A stretch of DNA of 64,000 nucleotides from Stegostoma tigrinum (lineage: Eukaryota), in the NCBI RefSeq assembly GCF_030684315.1, contig NC_081388.1:23295015-23359014 (forward strand), given 5' to 3'. Below the pieces are notes generated by a model. That model worked only from the letters and a program-made list of their open reading frames with translations. It ran no database searches and was not told the DNA's origin. Position 1 is the first letter of the stretch. Each line of letters starts with the position of its first letter. Both the position numbers and the translations under genes were made by a program. Shown one piece after another: positions 38,101-46,075 of the stretch.

Positions 38101-41100
38101 GCCCAATGGTATCAATGTGGACTTCACAAGCTTCAAAATTTACCCCTCCCCCACTGCATCACAAAACCAGCCCAGATCGTCCCCGCCTCCCTAACCTGTT
38201 CTTCCTCTCACCTATCCCCTCCTCCCACCTCAAGCCGCACCCCCATTTCCCACCTACCAACCTCATCCCACCTCCTTGACCTGTCCGTCCTCCCCGGACT
38301 GACCTATCCCCTCCCCACCTCCCCACCTATACTCTCCTCTCCACCTATCTTCTTTTCTCTCCATCTTTGGTCCGCCTCCCTCTCTCTCCCTATTTATTCC
38401 AGTTCCCTCTCCCCATCCCCCTCTCTGATGAAGGGTCTAGGCCCGAAACGTCAGCTTTTGTGCTCCTGAGATGCTGCTTGGCCTGCTGTGTTCATCCAGC
38501 TCCACACGTTGTAATCCTGCAATCTCATTTATTTAACCTTTTCTCAGGATTTTGGTAACACTGGAAGAGCTGCACTTAACATCTGTCCTTGGTGAGTTTA
38601 CTGTAAGTGGTTCACTCCAGAGGATATGTGCTAATGAAACAGTGGAACTGCTCTCAGAGATAATTCTCTGGCTGTGAAACACTTTGAGAATCCCTGAGAA
38701 TGAGAAAGGGACTACAGGAATGTACAATTCTTCTTTCATTTGGTCTTGTGGTAACTTGTGTTTGCAACTTTTGAAACGACATTTGTCAGTATTAAAGATT
38801 AGACAGTGGTCAATGTATTTACTGGTAGCTGCTTCTCTATTGTTTAAAGTGATGAAAGTTCTGACACGTTGCAATGTTGACAGTGATGAACTATCAGAAT
38901 GTTGCTGAATGGTAAGCCACCCCAGCCCTCCCCCCACAACCAGAATCCTTACCGTACACCTCAATGAAGACCGTGTGATTCTTTGAGGGAACTGATGGAT
39001 ACTTCTCAAAATCAGCCATACAGACAACTTCGATCAGACCAGTTTCCTGCGGTGTCCACGCTGCTGTTGATTGGACAGTGTTAGAATTTGGCCTTGTGGT
39101 AACTGAGTTCAGTTCCTCACCATCCTGAAACCATCGTACTCTCATCTTCTCAACTGGATAGACATCTGAGACCTCACATGTTAATATGACCTCTTGCTTC
39201 ACTTCTTTGGGCCTTTTGTCCAGGATTCTAGGCTGATCCATGAAAGCTGTAATACAGACAAGAAATTCACTTCATTTTAATTTGCTGCGGTGTATTTTAG
39301 TTTTTAATGGACAGTGTGGAAAAGGGAGCAATGCAGGTATTGGACAATACATCACCCCAGGGATTTACCACATTCACCCATAGTGAGGAAACTGGAGTCA
39401 TCTGCAGGAGATTATATCGCACTATAAGAAGGATCTGCTAATGCCGATCATGGGATGTGACTGGTAAATTTGTCACAGCTTTTCTTATTCATTCACAGGG
39501 TGAGGGCGTTGCTGGCTGGGCAGCAACTACTGCCCATCCCTAATTGCCCAGAGGGCAGTTAAGAGTCAGCCACATTGCTGTAGGTCTGAAGTCACATGTC
39601 AGCCAGACCAGGTAAGGGTGGCAGTTTCCTTCCCTAAAGGACCAGATGGGTTTTTCTGACAATTAACAATAGACTCATGAACACCATTGGAATCTTAAAT
39701 TGTTTTTACTGAATTCAAATTCCACCATGGCAAAATTCGAACCCAGAACATGAACTAGATCTCTGGATTAATAGTCTAGTGATAATACGACTAGACCAGT
39801 ACCTCAATTCACAACAACAAATCAGCTCACTAATTTTATTTTTAAATTAATCTTGCTAATTTTCAGACATTGCAAATATTGAGATAATAAAGTGTGAGGC
39901 TGGATGAACTCAGCAGGCCAAGCAGCATCTCAGGAGCACAAAAGCTGACGTTTCGGGCCTGGACACTTCATCAGAGAGGGGGATGGGGTGAGGGTTCTGG
40001 AATAAATGGGGAGAGAGGGGGAGGCGGACCGAAGATGGAGAGAAAAGAAGATAGGTGGAGAGAGTATAGGTGGGGAGGTAGGGAGCAGATAGGTCAGTCC
40101 AGGGAAGACGGACAGGTCAAGGAGGTGGGATGAGGTTAGTAGGTAGGAGATGGGGGTGCGGCTTGGGGTGGGAGGAAGGGATAGGTGAGAGGAAGAACAG
40201 GTTAGGGAGGCAGAGACAGGTTGGACTGGTTTTGGGATGCAGTGGGTGGAGGGGAAGAGCTGGGCTGGTTGTGTGGTGCAGTGGGGGGAGGGGACGAACT
40301 GGGCTGGTTTAGGGCTGCGGTGGGGGAAGGGGAGATTTTGAAGCTGGTGAAGTCCACATTGATACCATTAGGCTGCACGGTTCCCAGGCGGAATATGAGT
40401 TGCTGTTCCTGCAACCTTCGGGTGGCATGTTTTTGGCACTGCAGGAGGCCCATGATGGACATGTCATCTAAAGAATGGGAGGGGGAGTGGAAATGGTTTG
40501 CGACTGGGAGGTGCAGTTGTTTGTTGCGAACCGAGCAGAGGTGTTCTGCAAAGCGGTCCCCAAGCCTCCGGGGACCGCTTTGCAGAACACCTCCGCTCGG
40601 TTCACAACAAACAACTACACCTCCCAGTCGCAAACCATTTCCACTCCCCCTCCCATTCTTTAGATGACATGTCCATCATGGGCCTCCTGCAGTGCCACAA
40701 TGATGCCACCTGTAGGTTGCAGGAGCAGCAACTCATATTCCGCTTGGGAACCCTGCAGCCTAATGGTATCAATGTGGACTTCACAGCTTCAAAATCTCCC
40801 CTTCCCCCACCGCATCCCTAAACCAGCCCAGTTCGTCCCCTCCCCCCACTGCACCACACAACCAGCCCAGCTCTTCCCCTCCACCACTGCATCCCAAAAC
40901 CAGTCCACCCTGTCTCTGCCTCCCTAACTTGTTCTTCCTCTCACCCATCCCTTCCTCCCACCCCAAGCCGCACCCCCATCTCCTACCTACTAACCTCATC
41001 CCACCTCCTTGACCTGTCTGTCTTCCCTGGACTGACCTATCCCCTCCCTACCTCCCCACCTATACTCTCTCCACCTATCTTCTTTTCTCTCCATCTTTGG

Positions 41101-44100
41101 TCCGCCTCCCCCTCTCTCCCTATTTATTCCAGAACCCTCACCCCATCCCCCTCCCTGATGAAGGGTCTAGGCCCGAAATGTCAGCTTTTGTGCTCCTGAG
41201 ATGCTGCTTGGCCTGCTGTGTTCATCCAGCCTCACATTTTATTATCTCGGATTCTCCAGCATCTGCAGTTCCCATTATCACGATTGCAAATATTGAGTCT
41301 GTTTCTTGTATGCCAATCACTCTGAGCGGTCCATGCTGATGTATTCCTGATTTAGCTTCACTGTGATCTTTCCTTTAACTGTCCCAGTTGAGGCTTGGAT
41401 TGCAATGTTTGTAATCCAGGTGTAAATCTCTTTTCTTGTTATCTCTCAGAATCTGAATTCTTAGCATTTCCTTAAAGGATTATTTGGTGTAATATACAAG
41501 ATGATCAGAGGATTAGATAGGGTGGACAGTGAGAGTCTTTTTCTGAGGATGATGACTTCAGCTTGTACGTGGGGTCTTAGCTACAAATTGAGGGGTGATA
41601 GATTTAAGACAGATGTCAGAGGCTGGTTCTTTACTCAGAGAGTGGTAAGGGCGTGGAACGCCCTGCCTGCCAATGCAGTTAACTCAGCCACATTAGGGGC
41701 ATTTAAACAGTCCTTGGATAAGCATATGGATAATGATGGGATAATGTAGGGGGAGGGGCTTAGATTAGTAAATTGGCAGCTCGTTCGATAGGCGTAACAT
41801 CTTGTGTGTGAAAAAACTGTTCCCTCAGGTACCTTTTAAATCTTGCCCCTTTCACCTTAAAGTCATTCCCTTTAGCTTAGGACTCCCCTCCCCGGGGAAA
41901 ACACCTTGGCCATTCACCCTATCAATGAGCCTCATGATGTTGTAAACCTCTGTAAAATCATCCCTCAGCCTACAACGCTTCGGGGAAAACAACCCAGCCC
42001 ATTCAGCCTTTCCCTATAGCTCAAACCTCCAATCCTGGCAACATCCTTATAAATCTTTCCTGAACCCACAATGGTTTTAATAACTTTTCTTTTTAAACTT
42101 ACAGCAGTTCCTTCCTTATTCTTTTATTGTAAAACAGTCCTTTTCCTATTTCAGTCAGAAATCAAAATTAAAGTAAAATACAAAGTAGCAGTATTTACAA
42201 AGCATTTGCAGCAAACTTCAGCCAGAAGTGTCCGACTGAGATGCCTAGCTTCACAGATGTCAATGACAAAATGAAACAGTATTTGTGAAAACTAATTAAA
42301 CACTTGTATTTGTCCCTGATTTATGTTTGTTTGTATTTTTTGTGAATGGGGCTCAAAAAGTTGGTCTTTGATTTTAAAGCATAGATTTATCAGATTACAT
42401 TGTTGCTTTAATTTTACTTTGCTAAAATTACTATGTCTTTAATAAATTGCCATATCTTTTGTTTAAGATACAGATTGATGTATGGAAGTAATGTTTTGCA
42501 ATCTGAGATTGTTCATTTCAAAGTCTGTTTGGAAACTATTGGAGTGAATTTTGAGGGTCTTTGAAGGTTTTAATTTTACTGTGTTGCAAGTACAGAAATA
42601 GGATGGTTCAGTTGGTTCAATTGTCTGTCTCTGCATCAGAACAAATTCAATACTGTTTTGCTTAATGTTGTTTACCTGCAAACTAACAGTTATATTGCAG
42701 CAATAAGCAATGATGAATGAAACAGTATATTCCAGCATTGTATTGGGCACTGGTGGTCATCTTGGAATCAAACTATTAAGACAATTAGCTTGAAAAATTG
42801 CAGTTCTGAGCTGTCAAGCTTGGTTTTACACATTCTGTGGGTGGATTAAAGATCTGTAGGACATTTACAATTACACCATGAACTGGTGAGAAAGCTGTAT
42901 GTTTGCATTCTTATCCAGCATCAGCAATGTTTACCATCACACTTTATAGTAATGACAAAATGGGAACTAACAACAATTTTTGTCAATATCATTTCCTATT
43001 GGTTATTCTCAACAAATTATAAATATTTAATCTATGGTATTCTCTAAATGAGGAGAGTGTTTCTTGTGCAGCTGGAACTTACAGTAGGTTTGCAGAGTGA
43101 CAGAGGAGTTTGTGATTGACATTGTGGCGTTAGAGCCCAAGTCCACTTCAGCCAAGCAGGTGTACTCCTGTCCATCATCTAATAGACTTGCAGTGAAATT
43201 GAAGACATTTCTCAACCTGTTATCTTCATCCGGAAGACCTTGTTTTTCTGCAGAATTTCTCTGAACAATCTCACTCCCTCTTATCCATGTGAGAATGAGT
43301 TTGTTGTTTGGGTAGACTCTTGGTCCGATGCACTGCAGACTATATCTCCTGTTAACCTCCAGCACTTCAGGGAGCAATGTAGTGTTTATCTCTCGATCTG
43401 TTAAAGGAGAATCACAGTTAATAGGATTCACAGAAATAGTGTGTTTAAAGTTTCAGGCCTCCACTTGGTGCAGGTCAGGAATGGAAGTGGACTAACCAGT
43501 GTACAGCTTCCCAACATTTTGTCAACTCCAGCATGTAGCCTGAACTATGTGTGCACCCAGTAGGAATCCCCAACCCACCTCTGCAGCTACCGATTAGACT
43601 CATTCATACCCTTGTTAAGGGGAATAAGGGAGGCTGTTTGAGATTTTCCATTCAGTCTCCAGTTTCCCAATACAACAGAGACTGATGAACTGCCTGGAAG
43701 CAGACCAGGTTACCAGTACTCAAGGCAGCTTGTGGGCCTTCATGCCTGCGTAAGTGCAGGTCCCGTTGAAGACTGCCATATGGAAAGGTTCTCCCTGCAA
43801 TGGTGTTGGATGAGCTGCTTTCTCTTGTTTCACATGAAACTTTGAAAAACTGGTGGAAATGACTTCAGCCTACATGTGACTCCAGACCTTTAACAAGCTT
43901 TCAGCATCCTGGGGGTTACCATTTCTCAAAAACGGAGCTGAACTTGTCATACAAACACTGCGGCTACAAAAATAGATCAGAGGCTAGGAATTCTGTGGTG
44001 AATGACTCATCTCCTCCTTCTTCAAATCGTGTCCACTATCTACAAAGCATGAGTCAGGAGTGCAATGGAATACTCCACACTTGCCTGAATGAGTGCATCT

Positions 44101-45881
44101 CCAACAACACTCAAGAAGCTTGACACTATCCAGGATGAAGGAACCCATTTGATAGGCATGACCACTATCTTTAATATACATTCTCTTCACCACAAAGCAT
44201 GGCGTACCATCTAGGAGGAGATTCACTGCAGCAGTTCATCCAAGTTCAATCAACACCACCTTCCAAATTCATGATCACTTCCGATGAGAAGATCAAGGGA
44301 AGCAGACACATGGGAATACCACCTCCTCCAAATTCCCCTCTAGGCCTCTTGGCATCCTGGCTTGGAATTAAATTGCCATTCCTTCAGCGTCACTGGGTCA
44401 AAATTGTGGAAATCCCTCGCTATTTCTTTTATCTGTTCAAGGGATGTGTCATTGTTGGTTTAGTGATTGTTGCTCATCCTTAATTCCCCGAAGGGCAGTT
44501 CAGAATCAACCACATCGCTTTGAGCCTGGAGTCCCATGTAGGCCAGACTGGGTAAGGACAGCAGATATCCTCCCAGAAACGACATTAGTGAACCAGGTAT
44601 GACAACACTGATCATTACTGAACCGGTGTCAAACAGCAGTAAATCAGACAAGTTCCATTTGTAATCATCAGTACTGTCCCATGCCACTGTATTTCTTTAA
44701 TAGAACACGGAACAGTACAGCACAGGAACACACGCTTCAGCCGACAATCTTGAGCCAAACATGGCGCTAAATAAAACTAATCCCTTATGCCTGCCATTGG
44801 TCCACATCCCTCTATCTCTTGCATATTCATGTGCTTATCTAAAAGTTCCTTAAACACCTCTATCGGATCTGCCTCCACCACTGCCCCTGCAGGGTATTCC
44901 ACGCACCTAACACCGTGTGTGCAAAAAACTTGCCCCCTACATCTCCTTTGAACTTTACAATATCAGATCTCGAATTTTCACTTACTGTATACTGCGACAC
45001 TCTTTTTCACTTCATTCAGCGTTGAATTATTTGATTTACATCTCACAAAACATGATAGTGTAACATCCCACTTCTGGATACTTTGGAAATAGTCATAGTG
45101 CCAAGCAGCGCCAATTGTTCTGTTAGAATTTATTCCTGGTTTAAGTTCTACATTTATTGTTGGATAAGAACATGTTGTGCTGCAGTTCGTCTCCAAGGAG
45201 TCCCCAAATTCCACCGCTGCAGGATTTGTATCCATTGAAACTTCAAATTTAGGTTCAGTGTCTGCCAAGAAAACAAAACGCAGTAGATCAAAGATATGGA
45301 GATGCCTTTAATCAACTAACTGAAATTAGACTGAACTCGGTTTCTCGATGCATCGTTGCTGCTAACACTGCTGAGTTTCTCCAGCATTTTCTGTTTTATC
45401 TTTTACACCAGAGCTGGGGATAGGAAGAAGCATCATTTCAGGAAAATTGCCTGGGATGGCTCCCCACTGCGAAGGACCATCACCCGCACTGCTGCCCCAA
45501 CCTCTCGCTTGTCCTTCACTCGACATGGGACAGAGAATTGGCCACGACTCTCAGAGTTTGACGCTGAAGCGCTGGCCCCATTCGTACCAGGCAAAACGAC
45601 CGCACTTGACGTTTCAGCACAAGTTAAACGGAGCGGGACTTTGTAGTTCTTTGTTCCCTACCTTCGCCACAACCCATCAGTAGCGTCTCCAAAATAAAGT
45701 GCCCCAAATGTTCAACTAAATTATCAGCAAAGCGGAAAGCCCCCAGGAGTACCAGGTCTGGACACACACTGAACAAAACAGAAAAAGGAATTTACTTTGT
45801 TCACAATAACTCACCTGTTATTCTGAACATTAACACGGAGAAGTAAAGACATCCAAGCAGAGATTTCCTCCTAAAATCCAT
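22972..45881 (-). CDS. Gene A: ICAM/VCAM-family Ig-superfamily type I membrane adhesion protein, join(45881..45815,45261..44986,43397..43083,39246..38953,33507..33220,30224..29940,23171..22972), 1725 nt, 574 aa
   Basis: Seven exons with canonical GT..AG sites and all-phase-1 introns join into one open frame (67+276+315+294+288+285+200 nt). Architecture: signal peptide, D1 with CxxxC/CxxxC double disulfide, four further Ig domains, TM, and a basic tail with GQYEL. Confidence 0.88.
23744..28611 (+). mobile_element. Full-length decayed Gypsy (Mag/K02A2.6-like) LTR retrotransposon in gene A intron 6
   Basis: LTRs 23744-23974 and ~28396-28611 (clearly diverged); TSD GAGTG/GAATG; CpG-decayed PBS TGGTGACAAG; gag PLFGKLDLFD..YVER and EMLRDHLLCGIND; RT YLDD at 25801; empty site in paralog B at ~55951. 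Confidence 0.88.
27128..27426 (-). mobile_element. HE1-type V-SINE inserted in the Gypsy integrase region
   Basis: tRNA-like head (GTGGCTCAGTGG...GGTTCAATTCC) followed by the V-domain TGTCTGTGTGGAGTTTGC..TTCTCCCCGTGTCTG..GGGTTTCCTCC. Confidence 0.8.
28746..29776 (-). mobile_element. 5'-truncated single-arm Penelope-like element in gene A intron 6
   Basis: GIY-YIG ORF 29066..29536; TSD ATGCAGGAGACT (28734-28745, 29777-29788); empty site in paralog B near 56050. Confidence 0.88.
28814..28841 (-). ncRNA. Minimal hammerhead ribozyme motif, sense to gene A pre-mRNA (intron 6)
   Basis: Reverse complement is CTGATGAAGGGTCTAGGCCCGAAACGTC. Confidence 0.7.
29940..30224 (-). CDS. Gene A exon 6, membrane-proximal Ig domain
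   Basis: GDEITLSCMSDGRPSPVLEW...HQGIYICRATNQYG; acceptor TCTTTTCCAG, donor AAG|GTCAGA. Confidence 0.9.
31990..32600 (-). mobile_element. Decayed RTE-clade LINE remnant
   Basis: ESQCG..SRGTVDMSFIAR...EK motif typical of RTE RT. Confidence 0.5.
33220..33507 (-). CDS. Gene A exon 5, Ig domain D4
   Basis: VNITCHVLNV...LDGQQFICEAELKL; acceptor CTTGTTTTTAG, donor GTAAGT. Confidence 0.9.
33590..34960 (-). mobile_element. Highly decayed CR1 LINE
   Basis: Reverse-strand CR1 RT and 3' UTR similarity. Confidence 0.65.
35190..37745 (+). mobile_element. Decayed CR1/L2-group LINE with a nested CR1 (~36045-37210)
   Basis: KSNPANSCPISLLSIISKVME, AQFGFCQGHS; nested KFADDTKIG and EYCLQFWLP. Related fragments at ~3180-3990 (-), ~43900-44420 (+), and an endonuclease WVGDFNVH at ~31760 and ~60600. 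Confidence 0.65.
37772..38512. mobile_element. Asymmetric fold-back Penelope-like element in gene A intron 4
   Basis: Short minus arm 37772-37930, long plus arm 37931-38512; TSD AATCCTGCAATCT (37759-37771, 38513-38525). Confidence 0.85.
37871..37898 (-). ncRNA. Minimal hammerhead ribozyme motif, sense to gene A pre-mRNA (intron 4); opposite copy at 38425-38452
   Basis: Same core as above. Confidence 0.7.
38953..39246 (-). CDS. Gene A exon 4, Ig domain D3
   Basis: LTCEVSDVYPVEKMRVRWFQDGEEL...VVCMADF; acceptor TATTACAG, donor GTAAGG. Confidence 0.9.
39884..41282. mobile_element. 1.4-kb near-perfect palindromic Penelope-like element in gene A intron 3
   Basis: Arms of ~680-710 bp, centre GCGGTCCCC-aagcctcc-GGGGACCGC at ~40553-40578; TSD ATTGCAAATATTGAG (39869-39883, 41283-41297). 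Confidence 0.9.
39947..39974 (-). ncRNA. Minimal hammerhead ribozyme motif, sense to gene A pre-mRNA (intron 3)
   Basis: CTGATGAAGTGTCCAGGCCCGAAACGTC, with a stem II mismatch. Confidence 0.6.
41495..42065. mobile_element. Two short CR1 3' fragments in opposite orientation
   Basis: ORF 41501..41749 matches the CR1 ORF2 end; 41800-42065 is a reverse CR1 piece. Confidence 0.7.
43083..43397 (-). CDS. Gene A exon 3, Ig domain D2
   Basis: LQCIGPRVYPNNKLILTWIRG...DDGQEYTCLAEVDLG; acceptor CCTTTAACAG, donor GTAAGT. Confidence 0.9.
44986..45261 (-). CDS. Gene A exon 2, N-terminal ICAM-type Ig domain D1
   Basis: AVEFGDSLETNCSTTC...INVEL...KWDVTLSCFVRC; acceptor TTTTCTTGGCAG, donor GTAAGT. Confidence 0.9.
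45815..45881 (-). CDS. Gene A exon 1, signal peptide MDFRRKSLLGCLYFSVLMFRIT
   Basis: AAACATGG start context, basic n-region plus hydrophobic core, strong donor CAG|GTGAGT, phase 1 matching the next exon. Confidence 0.8.
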
Positions 45882-46075
45882 GTTTGTAGAATTTAAACAA
45901 AAGGCTCGTCTCTGCTCTGGGCTGGAATCAGAAACTGTAAGTGTGCTTCCTGGCTTGTCGAGCAATTCCACTACATCAAGACCCACACCCTTTCCGGGAT
46001 ATTACAAAGAGGTTAATTTTGGGCAATAATATGGAGAAATTCCAAAAGTAAATTTCTTTCACTTTAACGTTTCAC
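45882..46075 (-). promoter_or_regulatory. Putative cytokine-inducible proximal promoter of gene A
   Basis: kB-like GGAATTTCTCC (46033-46043), IRF-like AAAGTGAAAG (46056-46065), GAS-like TTCCGGGAT (45992-46000, one mismatch) and a CACCC box (45982-45990), all within 190 bp of the ATG. Motif match only. Confidence 0.5.

Noticed and set aside
7070-41282. Recurrent palindromic repeat as a CRISPR-like array
   Set aside because: Copies are dispersed with individual TSDs, there are no regular spacers or cas genes, and the context is vertebrate.
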